The notes beneath the pieces were generated by a model. The model searched no databases. It worked only from the letters and a program-made list of their open reading frames with translations, and had not been told where the DNA came from. From assembly GCA_964016885.1 (NCBI GenBank), contig OZ024741.1, positions 402,566,001 through 402,630,000 of the forward strand: a stretch of DNA of 64,000 nt, given 5' to 3'. Positions 39,313-51,592 of this stretch are shown one piece after another (within the stretch, counting starts at the first letter, position 1; each line of letters opens with the position of its first letter). The position numbers and the translations under genes are program-made. Source of the DNA: Eledone cirrhosa. Lineage: Eukaryota.

Positions 39313-40640
39313 AATAATAATGAAATTATTGTGTATAGTGCTCGGGTGCACTACAACTCATCAAAGGTGCATGTATAGTACATAGAATAATATACAAATG
39401 GAGTCATGATATACATGTGTGTATGTGTATGGAGGGGGAACATTAGCTGTAGTGTTGGCGAATCTCAGGAAGCATGGAGGTTTTAAAGGATGCAGTGTCT
39501 CGACAGCTAACAACTGATGCAGGTAGTTTGTTCCATGCTTCAGCAACTCTGAGCATGAAAACATGTTTCCGAAAGTCATGGGAAATGTGCTGTTTTCTGA
39601 CTTTGTGGGCATGCCCACGTGTGTTAGACACATGGAAATCAAAAAGGTACTCAGGGTTGTTGTTGGCAAGATGGTTAATAATTTTGTGGGTGTTTACCAA
39701 GTCAGTTGCCAGATGTCGGAGCTTCAATGTATTCATGCCCAGGGAAGCAAGGCATTCAGAGTATGGTAGATGCCTGATGGAGGGTATTCGCTTGGTTGCA
39801 CATCTCTGAACAGTTTCCAGGCGGTCAATGTTCTGAGCAAGATAGGGGTTCCAGACTGGCGATGCAAATTGTAAGTGTGGCCGCACCATAGCTATATACA
39901 GCTTTAAATAGATAGCTGGAGAGCGGCTGACAAAGGTCTTGCTGAGTGATGCTAAGACACCCTCGGTCTTCTTGACAATTTTAGAGATCTGCTTCGTCCA
40001 ACACAAATCGCTGCTGACCGTAATGCCCAGGTCACGTTCACGAGAAGACTTCTTGATATTAGTGTTGTGGAGGGAGTATGTGGACGCTGGGTTTTTACTC
40101 CCACCATTGTTGCATTGTGTCCAGGTCAGATTGCAGGCAAGATCTATAGTGTTCAGGATCTGTCCTTTTTATCTCAAAGTACAGCTTGATGTCATCTGCA
40201 TATTTCAGTACTGTGGCATTCTTTAAGTTGGCATCTATGTCATTAATATATGCCACAAACAAAAGGGGGCCAAGTACAGATCCCTGTGGTACACCAGATG
40301 ACATCTCATATGGTGAGGAATGCTGTCCCAGAACCGTGACTACCTCTCTTTGACTGAGAATGAAGGACTTCAACCAGTTAAAAAGATCATCCTTCACACC
40401 CATTGCAGAGAGTTTTGCCATAAGCCTTTTGTGTGGCACAGAATTGAAAGCTTTAGCAAAGTCAAGGTAAACAAGATCCACCCATGAGCCGCCATCAGTG
40501 ATCCGGGTGATGTCTTCAAGAAACTCGATAAGTTGATCACAGCAGCTGGCGTTAGGGATAAATCCAAATTGCGAGGGACGGATAAGACTCTGAGAGTTCC
40601 AGAAGTTCCAAAGTGTTTCTCTGACACAGGATTCCATCAG
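39313..40640 (-). mobile_element. 5'-truncated CR1-clade LINE
   Basis: QFGF, YLDFAKAF.SVPH, SGVPQGSVLGPLLF..YIND and KYADD in ORF 40095-40637. VRPHL...VWNP, TRGH and WNKLP.SVV in ORF 39443-40006. (ATT)n tail. Confidence 0.92.
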
Positions 40641-41156
40641 TGGAATGGTCTCTTACACAGCATGAATATTTGTTTCATGTCTGCCTACAAGACAGCTGAA
40701 CACAAATGAATCATCATCATCAAGAGATTTGTTTTCTGTATCTGATTTTTTTTTCTTATTTCTTATTGTCATGTCTCCCTCTTTTCCTCTTTTTTTCTGT
40801 CTTCCTTCCTCTTTTCTTCACTGCCAAATATCCACCTCACCATCTGATGTCTCCATGTGGTTCCTCTGAACCTAAGGACTCTCCTATAATATTTTGTGTT
40901 TATCTCTATACCTGTATATCACTTATATATATATATGCATATCTCTCTCTATATATATATGTATATGTATATATGCATATACATATGTATATGCATATGC
41001 ATATATATATATATATATATATGTATATGCATATATATATATATATAAGTATATATACAGGTATAGAGATAAACACGAAATATATATATATATATATGCA
41101 TATATATATGCATATATATATATAATGTCTATATTAGTTTCTTAAATATCTTTCAT

Positions 41157-41340
41157 ATCATCATCATTTCATTTTGCGACCGCTTTTCCCTGCTTGCAAG
41201 GGTGGGACGGGAACTGATTCTGGCTTGATTTCTAACACCAACCTCATTTACAGTGAGTGCTGGGTGATTTTTTCCGTGGCACCTCCACGTCCACTTTACA
41301 GTGAGTGCTGGGTGCCTTTTTGCCGTGGGTCCTCCACGAC
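41157..41340 (-). mobile_element. Short retroelement with RTE-type (GAT)n tail
   Basis: (CAT)n followed by CCGCTTTTCCCTGCTTGC. The TTTACAGTGAGTGCTGGGTG motif recurs at 47190-47355. Confidence 0.55.
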
Positions 41341-41379
41341 CACTTGCAGTGGAATGATAGGGACCCCAGTCCCTATCAT

Positions 41380-41523
41380 CTCATTTCTACAGCTGAGTAA
41401 ACTGGAGCAATGTGAAATAAAGTGTCTTGCTCAAGGAAACAACACATCACCCGGTCTGAGAACTGAACTCACAACCTTTCGATTGCAAGACCAATGCTCT
41501 AACCACTAAGCCATGTGCCTCCA
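41380..41523 (-). mobile_element. SINE family B
   Basis: Reverse complement gives GGAGGCACATGGCTTAGTGGTTAGAG...GTGAGTTC...TTCCTTGAGCAAGACACTTTATTTCACATTGCTCCAG. Confidence 0.8.
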
Positions 41524-42587
41524 TATGTAAACTTTAATACCACAAATAACAAATTTATGAAATTTACCCTCATTATCAACACTGTTATTTTTATATCCCC
41601 CACCATCACCTTTATCTTTAGTGACATCATCATCATCACCATGATTTTCTATATTGTTTGTGTTGAAAGAGAGATGAAGAAATATATTTAGCTAAATATT
41701 AGTAAACAAACTAAGTTGTCTTTGATGCATCTAAACTGCACAGCGGAAAACTAGGTTCAGTGAAGAATCTAAATATTTCAGATTCGATTCTCAAATAATC
41801 TCTTATTGGATGCAAAGCTTTCATATTGTATTGATATACTTATTCTCAACTATAGATGTGAGCCATTTCCCAATACATTTTTAATGATTTACTAGAAGAA
41901 TACCTGGCATTACCCAGGATATAAAGCACTCACTTGGTGGACAATTTTTTTTTAATGAGAATCAATAATTCTGTACAAATTTATTATTTTAAACATGTTT
42001 ATAGTATTTGTAACAGAGTTACAGTTCTTTTTTTACTTCTTAAAATTTTTCTTGCATTTTAATAACCCAGTAAAAAGGCAATAACGCAAAGACATTCCAT
42101 CCGTGACAATCCAGTCAATATATTTTTAATATATATATACAATATATATAAAATGTATATCATTATACAATATATATATATATAATACATGGTGGAGTAA
42201 TGCAATAAGTGTATGTCCTATGTGATTTTTTTATTTTTTTTATTTCTTTGGATTTTTGTTTTAAACATTAGATATTCTGAAAAAAAAAAGAATCGAAAAA
42301 ATTCTGCTATTTCAATTTTTCCAGCTAACTCTGACCCTAAACTCTAATTCTAACCCTAAACTCTAGTGCTGACCCCAAAATCTTAAATGTCAGCTCTAAC
42401 TCTGACCCCCAAATCTTAACCATAATGCTAAACTTAATTTTTCTTGCCAAATCACAATTTCTGATGTTTAAAAGATAAAATTTCACAATAAAATCAGGGC
42501 AAAGAACTGAATAAAAAAAAAAAAATGATAAACTTATGTCTGTTTAGATGTTTTGAAATGAAGAAAATATGGGATGGATTGAAATAT

Positions 42588-42872
42588 AACTCTTTAGCAT
42601 TTAAACTGGCTGTATATCTGGCCCGAATTCTTTCACCTCTTTCTATTCAAACCAGCAATAACTGGCCACTCATATTGATGTTAAGGTATTATTCTCAAAA
42701 TAAATATCAAAATCTCGTAGATTTGATATTATGTGAGGATAAAGCCTTTACCGTGAAAATACAATAGTATATATAGAGTAATGTAAATGTTATGTGAGAT
42801 ATTATGTAAGGTAAAGTCTTTACCGTGAAAATACAATAGTAAATATAGAGTAATGTAAATGCTAAAGGGTTA
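42588..42872 (+). mobile_element. TTAA-type MITE with an internal ~70-bp duplication
   Basis: Termini CTCTTTAGCATTTAAAC ... GTAAATGCTAAAGGGTTAA; same family as 54336-54722. Confidence 0.72.
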
Positions 42873-43490
42873 AACAGAATAAATGAAAAATTTAAAAAAA
42901 AAAAGAGAAACATTTATTGGTCCATTTATTGTACAATTCCACCAATATATATTGTTTAAGGTATACATAATTTATATAAAATATATATTGTTTAATATAA
43001 GTGCAGACATGGCTGTCCGGTTAAAAAGAATGTTTTGTATTCATGTGGTTTCGGGTTATTTCACAGCAGGGGGCACATAGGGCATGTGTTTTCTACGATG
43101 AACTTGGGGTGACTAATATCTTGGGAATGACACTTGGAAACCAGAAACTATGTGGAAATTCATCATATATCTATATATCTATCCAGCCATTTATCTATCT
43201 ATCTTCCTATCTCTCTATATATACACACACACTGATTGAAATCAACTCTAAAAAAAACTACGTGGAAGTATACCATATAAAATATAATCTTCCAAAATAA
43301 AATCACCTGACGAGTGATGCGGTGGAACAAGAAGCCATTAACCTATCCATTGTCTCTGAAATGCAGCATAATAGGAAATAAAACGAAGTTGAAAAAAATA
43401 AAAGCTTCTTCTTCCCTTATTATGTATATATATATATGTTAGGTAATGACGAAGGAAAAAAGAGTGCTCTATGTATACAACAGAGCTATT

Positions 43491-43704
43491 TAATTAGAAA
43501 GTGAACAACACAAAATATAACTACTCCATTACCAAAGGTTTCTGGATCCCAGACAATATTAATATACTTCTGGATCGGTCATCAGACAGAGATGCCATAA
43601 CATCTCTGTCTGATGACCGCTCCGGACATATATTATTATTGTCTGTGATCCAGAAACCTTTGGTAATGGAGTAGTTATATTTTGTGTTGTTCACTTTCTA
43701 ATTA
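43491..43704. mobile_element. Fold-back element, 104-bp arms with a 6-nt loop, beside (TA)n
   Basis: 43491-43594 is the near-perfect reverse complement of 43601-43704. Confidence 0.85.
43604..43671 (+). ncRNA. Candidate type I hammerhead ribozyme (mirror copy on the minus strand in the left arm)
   Basis: Stem I CTCTGT/ATGGAG (two G.U pairs), CTGATGA 43610-16, long imperfect stem II, GAAA 43653-56, stem III CC-ttt-GG, GUA triplet. Confidence 0.6.
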
Positions 43705-43713
43705 TATATGTAT

Positions 43714-43910
43714 AAAATTTAATATAAAAATGTTTTCTACAGGACTAGAACTCTTCTATTCATAAGAAATCATCCAGCTTTCATGATGCTTTCTTACAAA
43801 TGAAACAGTTCTAAGTCCTGTAGAAGCCATTTCTATATTAAATTTTGTATATTCTCTACTAATGTATTGATTACTTCTCTTACTGTGGTTACCCCCCGGT
43901 TGAACCTGTC
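43714..43910. mobile_element. Second, more decayed copy of the 33662 fold-back family
   Basis: TTCTACAGGACTAGAAC ... GAAACAGTTCTAAGTCCTGTAGAAGCCATTTCTATATT, plus the same tail. Confidence 0.65.
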
Positions 43911-44180
43911 ACTTATATATGTACAGGTACATAAGGATTTCAAAAGAATGAAACAGTTTTAGTTCTGTAGTCATCTCTATGAAATAAATCTTGTACTTCT
44001 CTACTTAATGTATTGAGTACTCTATTTAACTGTGATCTTTTCCACTCTTTGGAAAAAAACATTCTCAATCATTATATACATATGTATATATGTATGTATA
44101 TATATATATATATGTGTGTATATGTATGTGTATATGTGTGTATGTATATATATGTATGTTTATATATATATGCATGTATA

Positions 44181-44216
<36 letters not shown>

Positions 44217-44774
44217 CTCTTAATATTCTCTTTTTCCATACCTTATCAATATCAACTAGTCTTCCTCACTTCTGCTCTCTCAATCTCATGCCGTTTGTGA
44301 ATTTTCCTCCTTTTACAAATGGCTGGAAATAACTTTTCTGTATTCATTTTTCATCATGTATTAATATAATAAAATCTACCATTATCTTTTTTTAAGGGTT
44401 CAAGTCCCCAGAAATGTTCTGGAAGTTATTTTAGGCCTCTCGTTTCTCCCCCATAAAAAAAACTTGTGTTTAAATGTGCATTAGTTGAAACATTTTCGCA
44501 CTACAATGGACTGGTTTTGCCCCCCCCCCCCCCCCCCCCCCCCCCAAAAAAATTGCTGTATACAAACACAGAGAGAAATACAGATTTTCAATGTTGATAT
44601 TATATAGATATGCACAAAATTGTTAACAATGTGCAAATTTTCCCCAGTGATGAAAATAATAATAACAATAATAATAATAATGGTTGCACTATGAATTCTT
44701 CAGTTTGTATTAATCTGAAAATAAAATAATTTTGTTTGTGTATTCTATTTCCATATGAAAATTCTAAGAAAAAT

Positions 44775-44961
44775 AATATATATATGTATATATATAGATA
44801 TATGTATATTACATATGTATATACATGTGCATGTATATATGTATATGCATATATGTTTATGTATATGTAGGTATATATATGTGTATATATATATATGTGT
44901 ATGTATGTTTATATATGTATATATATGTACATATGTGTGTATACGTATGTATATATATGTG

Positions 44962-44994
<33 letters not shown>

Positions 44995-45279
44995 ATGTAT
45001 ATATGTATGTATGTTTATATATGTACATATGTGTGTATACGTATGTTTATATATGTACATATGTGTGTATATGTATATATATGTATGTATGTTTATATAT
45101 GTACATGTGTGTATATGTATGTTTATATATGTACATATGTGTGTATATGTATATATGTATGTATGTATGTTTATATATGTACATGTGTGTATATGTATAT
45201 ATGTATGTATATTTATATATATACATGTGTATATATATATATATGTATGTTTATATATATATGTATGTTTGTATATGTA

Positions 45280-45325
<46 letters not shown>

Positions 45326-45762
45326 GAAATTATTGTGTACAGTGCTCAGGTGCACTACAACTCATCAAAGGTGCATGTATAGTACATAGGGTAATGTACA
45401 AACATCAGGAAAATTAACAGTGCACGAGTCATGATACACACAAGTGTGCATGTGTATGGAAAGGGTACATCAGGTGTTGTTTTGTGTATATATATATATA
45501 TATATATATGTATGTTTATATATGTATGTATGTTTATATATGTATATATGTGTGTATATATATATATATATGTGTGTATATATATATGTATGTTTATATA
45601 TGTACATATGTGTGGATATGTATGTATATATATATATATTTATGTTTATATATGTATATATGTGTGTATTTACATATGTACATATGTATGTGTGTATTTA
45701 TATATGTACATACATATGTATGTATGTGTATATATATATGTATATACATATATATATATATA
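44775..45762. repeat. (TA)n/(TATG)n microsatellite field with a CR1 3'-end stub at 45311-45480
   Basis: Direct reading. The stub AATGAAATTATTGTGTACAGTGCTCAGGTGCACTACAACTCATCAAAGG matches 39319-39385. Confidence 0.9.
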
Positions 45763-45970
45763 AGTATAATATTTTTGTATGATATACTTTGTTTTAAAAA
45801 TACCTTGAAATATATGAAGCATGCATTTATTTTCGACAAATGTATTAAATTATTATTTTTTCCTTTTTTATTGTTTCCCAGTTGAACTCCTTCTGTATCT
45901 TCATTGTATCATGTATGAATGCACAGGTGAACACAGAATACTGGTTGTGAATAATGATACTAATAATGAT

Positions 45971-46240
45971 TTCTTTATTGGCCACAAGGGCCTACATATA
46001 GGGGACAATACAAAGATAGGGACAGTGGCGGTTTTACATATATCATGTAAACAATATAACCATAACAATAACAATAAAAATTCCCTGATAGTGGGGGGAA
46101 CCACCCAGGGGTGATTCAGGTACCCTACCAATCTTGAACCATCTGATGCTTCGGGAGCACCTGGGAAGGGCACCCCTCTCCTCCTCAGATCAATATTAAT
46201 GTTTACAAATATTGTGCCAGTATCAAACTCATCGAAAAAC
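45971..46240 (-). mobile_element. 3' stub of a Tx1-like LINE related to 28546-30378
   Basis: TTCTTTATTGGCCACAAGGG...GGGGACAATACAAAGA matches the 3' terminus at 28546-28595. Confidence 0.65.
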
Positions 46241-46618
46241 AAAACTATTATTTTAGTTTACTTAATAATTGGACTGTTTATTACTTTTTTGTCTTCATTC
46301 ACAATTTTTCTCACATAGTATTGTGCTGTGCTAGAGGTTAACTTAGTTTGGGAGTAAGGGTTGATAGCACCATATTTTGAACTTGGTGGTGACCCTGAGT
46401 AGTTCAGGTTGGAGGGACCCCAAGAGCTGTTCCTAGAGGGGACCCTGTTTGACAAGGTGTACTCAGGGCATTCATCCCCTCCGTCCCTTGATAAATCCAG
46501 TCCTGAGTGTGTGTGGCGGGGCATCAGTTTTGTAGGAACAATTACCCCTCCATTTCCTCCTGCTAGATATGTCTACAGCTATTATAATAATAGCTGAGCT
46601 TACTATACAATATTATAT

Positions 46619-46797
46619 TAGCAGAGTCGGTAGAGTGTCAGACACCATGCTTTGCAGCATAGTTATGGCCATTTATGGTCTGAGTTCAAATCCCACCGAG
46701 GTTAACTTTGCCTTTCATCCTTACGGGGTCGATAAAATAAGTACCAGTAATACACTGGGTTAATTGCTGGCCTTGTGCCAAATGTAGAAACATTATT
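46619..46797 (+). mobile_element. SINE family A
   Basis: B box GAGTTCAAATCC and full core. Confidence 0.85.
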
Positions 46798-47384
46798 AAT
46801 GTTGGTAACAGTTCTTGAACCAATTTCTTTGACTAAGGTTCCTGATTTACAGGCTTGGAGAGGTTGGGCTCCGCCAGGCTTAAAAAGTCCCCACAAAACA
46901 CTGTATGCCGATACGGTGCCCCTACGGCTCCATCAGGAGTTACAGGACAAAACAAAAAAAACCTGGTTTATAATGGTGGTTGTTGTTGTTGTTGTTTAGT
47001 CTGAGGTCAGTCTTGATCAAAGGTATTCTAGTCATGGCTATCACATATATTTTGTATATCATTGACTACATTGACCTAGTAATTTAAGGGAGACCTGGCT
47101 ATTTCTATCAGGGTGAGCAGTCATGTAGAAGATCTCTCATTAGTTCCTTCCTTGATTAAATAGTAAAATATATATACTAATGATCCACAACCACTTTACA
47201 GAGTGTACTGGGTGCAATTTATAATGACTCCAACACTAGAGAGGTCATCATATCTTGGACACAGCTGAAGAGTACTCTCCAGTATTCATGTGGCAAGTTT
47301 TTTACAACTGGATGCCCTTTCCTATCTGCAACCACTTTACCGAGTGTACTGGGTGTGTAACAATGGTCTAGAACTTCTCTACTT

Positions 47385-47905
47385 CTTCATCTTTGCCCAC
47401 TTATTCCTGAGAGGGGAAAGAGTCCTTAAACACACCTTCCAGCAGGACCAGAAGTAATAGTCCCCAACTGATTCGGCTGGATCCCTAAGCGAGGTCAGCC
47501 AAGCTCATGGATGTTATCCAATCATCTAGCTTGGGGTCTACCCCTGGGTCTCCTGCCAGATGATTTTGCCCATAAAATCTGTCCAATGATTCTTCCCCGA
47601 GATATTCTAACCACATGCCCAAAGTATCAGAGCTGTGATCTCTCAATTTGGAGAAGTAGCAGCTCTACCTGGAGTGACTCTCTGATCTCCAAGCTATGCC
47701 CTCTGTTGAGTAACATTACTCCAAAGTCCCTTTAGAGGAATCCCATTTTAACTGCTTCTATTTACAATCATATTCTTTTGGTCATTATCCGAGATTCATG
47801 ACCATAGGTAAGGTTTGGCACCGAATTGAAGATAGCAAATTTGGCTTTTACGCCTACCTCCCTTCTGATTACTGAATGCTGAAATTGGTGCATTACTGCA
47901 CCAGT
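47385..47905 (-). mobile_element. RTE-clade (Rex3/Expander-like) LINE 3' half, decayed; contains one copy of the satellite monomer
   Basis: Translation AVMHQFQHSVIRREVGVKAKFAIFNSVPNLTYGHES.IMT...MGFL...EIRESLQVELLLLQIERSQL*YFGHVVR...GRRPRGRP. Confidence 0.88.
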
Positions 47906-48084
47906 TCATGCAATTCTTGGTATAGAACTGTCTGTGAAAAACATTGATTCAGCTTCTGTAGAAAAAAAGAATCAAAATATTTGGTCTGGAAATATTCTAA
48001 GTTTTTTTTGGTCTTAGAATGGAGTGTCTCTCTGAGTCTTAACATAATATCTATTGAAGCTTGATAATACTGGCAGATCTTTGA

Positions 48085-48243
48085 CTACCACCACTGCTAC
48101 TACTACTGCCACCACCACTACAATTACTACCACCACCACAATTACTATTACTACCACCACCACCACCACTACTACTACTGTCACCACCACTACAATTACT
48201 ACCACCACCATTACTATTACTACTACCACAACCACCACCACTA
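48085..48243. repeat. ACC/ACT trinucleotide tract
   Basis: Direct reading. Confidence 0.9.
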
Positions 48244-48639
48244 TTATATATATATATATATATGTATATATTATAATATAAAATAAAAAATTAAAGCAAA
48301 TCAATAGGACTCGTCCAATATCTGTAAGCTGTCATATCTCAATAATATTGTATTTGTCTCTATTTTATTGAACTGTTTCAAATGGTAGAAGCCACAGAGA
48401 ACACCCCCCCCCTCTCCAACCAACGCCCCTAAAATGGTCCTTTGAGATGCTAGAAATAACAGCCAAATATCTCTCTCTTGAGATCACATTTCCTCTAATG
48501 CAACATTGGATAGTGTGACTCTAGATATATTGTATATATGAAAAGCCAAAAAGGATAAGATGGTCAGGGATGGCATGCCCTATGATCCTAAATCTGGCTG
48601 ATCAGAGCTGACCCAAAGAAAGTCTGTCTCAAGCCCAGA

Positions 48640-48973
48640 TGCTTGTCAGGCCGGTGCTTATCCTGGTTCTGTGATGTGAAGCAACTGAGAGTACAAGACT
48701 TCTCTCTGGACATGATGCCAGCTCATCGCAGGGTTGAACCGCCAGCTATTGCTGGTACTCATCTTCAGATGAATATATTGGAGCGATGTAAAATAAAGTG
48801 TTTTGCTCAAGAACACAACACACAACCCAGTCCAGGAATCAAACCCACGACATTAAGATTGTAAGTCCAACACCCTTACCACTAGGCCACATACCACCCA
48901 GTCCAGGAATCAAACCCATGACATTAAGATTGTAAGTCCAAAACCCTTACCACTAGGCCACATACCACCCAGT
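48640..48973 (-). mobile_element. SINE family B with a tandemly duplicated 71-bp tRNA-like head
   Basis: TCCAGGAATCAAACCCA.GACATTAAGATTGTAAGTCCAA.ACCCTTACCACTAGGCCAC starts at 48831 and again at 48902. Confidence 0.75.
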
Positions 48974-49624
48974 TTGGAACAACATAACAAAGGTTCTCAT
49001 ATAAAATTATGATGGAAGGTTTTTAAATCAATGCAAACACTTTAAAAAGACAGCTTGATATGGTAGAATCAGGCTGGAGTTCACAGAGGGGATCAACATT
49101 TTTAAGGTGAAACAAGACTCTTTTCTGGTTTTAAAAAGAGGGGATAGAAGACTCAAAATTCAAGAGAATTGAGAGGGGTTTTTTTTAAAGTAGGGATTGT
49201 TAGATATTCAGTAAGCCTTGTTTAGTTCTCTCCAGGTCTTAAACCAATGTACTGGTTAAACCCATCACCTATAATCCTTTCCAACAGTAGTTCTTTGGTT
49301 TTAACCATTGTGAGTCTGGTTAATAGTGTCACATGGCAGCCATATTTATCTGTCTCTAAAATTACTGAACCAAATGTTATTCTTGTTTGAATATACTAAT
49401 TAGTAAAGGTATGTTATAAAAATGTGAGCTTGATTAATTGAATTTTAAGCAAAACCACGTCTTGACTATATATATATATATATTTATAATATTTATATAT
49501 ATATATATTTATATATATATATATTTATATTTATATATATATATTTATATATATATATATATTTATATTTATATTTATATATATATATATAATGTGTGTG
49601 TGTGTATTATTGAGTAAAATGACA

Positions 49625-49704
49625 GGAGGCTGGACTGGCGAAAATCCTTCAAAATTTTATTTGCGGAAATGAAACTTTGAAGGAATTTCGTCAGTTCAGC
49701 CTCC
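49625..49704. repeat. Short fold-back related to the outer part of the 50641-50987 element
   Basis: GGAGGCTGGACTGGCGAAAATCCTTCAAA / TTTGAAGGAATTTCGTCAGTTCAGCCTCC, next to (TA)n. Confidence 0.7.
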
Positions 49705-50190
49705 GGATTGATATTGTTTTGTCTTGTTTCTTACTCCATGGACATCGCTTTGGCTTGTGTCTCTGGACCAGCAAGGGTCAAAACTGCCAGAAGTCCATCT
49801 CGATGGCTGAAGAACTTGGAGACCATGTCTTTCGTTTTTTATAAAAAAAACAAAAGATTTTTTAAGATTTCCCCTTCAAACGTTTTTTTTTTTCGTCTTA
49901 CCTTGTTTTCTTTCATTGTTTTTCTTTGTTAATTTTCCTAAGTTTATTATATATATATATATATGTAATTACTGGTTTAGACTGTCACCTGCATTTTTCT
50001 CATTATTATAGGAGAGAAAATCAAAATAATTAAAAAAGATTGAATGCTATAATTTATTATTTTATTACTTTATTTTTTAAAAATAATAATAATTTTTTCT
50101 GAAAATTCTTTTAACCCTTTTCAACAGGTTTTTTAACATAAAAGATTGTTGGAAAGATGTGAAAGAATTATCGCCCTTAAACACTAAATA

Positions 50191-50233
<43 letters not shown>

Positions 50234-50640
50234 TATATACAAGTGTTGGTTGAATGCTTCATAGGCTGACCAAGATACTCTCATAGAATTACCAAATGAG
50301 GTTTATTTTTCAACATAGTCCCTGGAAAGAAACAATGCAGTTATTAAGAAGTGTTCAAATTAATGCATGCAAGATTTCACAGCTCTAGCATCATTTTTTG
50401 ATAGTCAGCCTCTGAAATTTTCAACAACTTTTCAGCCCTCACTTGTATGTGTATATATATATACATATATATATATAGGCACCTCTAACAAAAATATTTA
50501 TTTAGGTTTGTTGGTTCACCACTGGATAGAACTGGTCATTCCGTATAGTCAACCTCGATGTAATATTAGGGAGAGCACTCGACGTAATGCAACTCACCTG
50601 TCTTCGTTTGTGTAGTTGGTGGTGCGAGTACGGAGTTAAT

Positions 50641-50987
50641 TATTATAAAATAACAGGAGGCTGGACTGGTGTAATTCCTTAAAGGTTTATTATACTATGA
50701 ACATTTCAATGACTGGGTTCAGTATTAATCCGGTGACATCATCAGGTATTCCAAAATTTAACAAAGGAATATAATAGACACAATCCAAGGGGCTGAAAGA
50801 TGCCCAAGACGAGAAGGCGGCCAAAATATTAGCAGTTGCCAGGATTGTGTCTATTATATTCCTTTGTTAAATTTCAGAATACCTGATGATGTCACCGGAT
50901 TCATACTGAACCCGGTCATTGAAATGTTCATAGTATAATAAACCTTTAAGGAATTACACCAGTCTAGCCTCCTGTTATTTTATAATA
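50641..50987. mobile_element. Fold-back element, about 146-bp arms with a 55-bp spacer, beside (TA)n
   Basis: 50641-50786 is the near-perfect reverse complement of 50842-50987. Confidence 0.88.
50879..50936 (+). ncRNA. Candidate type I hammerhead ribozyme (mirror copy on the minus strand at 50692-50749)
   Basis: Stem I ATAC/GTAT, CTGATGA 50883-89, stem II ACCGG-TTCA-tac-TGAA-CCGGT, GAAA 50921-24, stem III TG-tt-CA, AUA triplet. Confidence 0.65.
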
Positions 50988-51000
50988 TTATATATATATA

Positions 51001-51200
51001 TAGGAAAATGTTCAAGACCCCGACGGCAAAGCTCAAGCCATTTCGATGGCTATTTCTGGACTCTTTAAACAAAGAGTCCAGAAATAGCCGTCAAAACGGC
51101 TTGAGCTCTGCCGTCGAGATCTTAAACATTTTTCTACTACCCTAAGTATTAAGTACTCTGGTGTGTTATGGTCCACCTGGTTCCTTACCATACTTCCTTT
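51001..51200. mobile_element. Fold-back element (about 65-bp arms) plus 3' extension
   Basis: TAGGAAAATGTTCAAGACCCCGACGGC...GGACTCTTT-aaac-AAAGAGTCC...GCCGTCGAGATCTTAAACATTTTCTA. Arm and tail recur at 52989-53048 and 53470-53610. Confidence 0.75.
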
Positions 51201-51592
51201 GTCATATATATATATTTATACATACACACTAGAAGTGTCCCATACAAACCTAGAATTACTAATACCTGGTACTTCATATATATTCAAATTCGCCAGAAAC
51301 AACCAAAGTAAAGTCTTTGCATGCTAAAATAACTGTTTTTTGTTTCTCCTGATTGTTGGTCACATCACTGTGAATTCTGCATGTTTTTCTATTGTTTTTT
51401 ACAGTTATATTTTTCCATATAGTATTTAACATTTTTCTGTTAATATTGAGAGAATGTTGAGGTTCTCCCTAATATACCATGAAATAAAATCATTTAAGTG
51501 CTGGACCACATTTCATTTTGTCTACATTCTGTCCATTTACTGTTTTGTTAATTATTTCAGTTGATTGTTATTATTATTATTTGTGTGTGTGT

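Noticed and set aside
42325-42437. True interstitial telomere or fusion site
   Set aside because: Only scattered degenerate hexamers; no perfect (CCCTAA)n run.
43307-43340. Hammerhead starting at CTGACGA
   Set aside because: Followed by GAAG rather than GAAA, with no convincing stems.
40706-45885. Tyr/Ile/Cys/Met-rich ORFs
   Set aside because: Translations of (TA)n/(TATG)n microsatellites.
45882-45926. 45-bp plus-strand micro-exon (CAG...GTGAAC)
   Set aside because: Weak donor, no recognisable peptide, and it lies downstream of the terminal ARL exon.
46258-46524. 88-aa minus-strand ORF as a gene
   Set aside because: No recognisable motif; CAGGACTGGATTTA...GGGG and GGGACCCC blocks look more like a non-autonomous DNA transposon.
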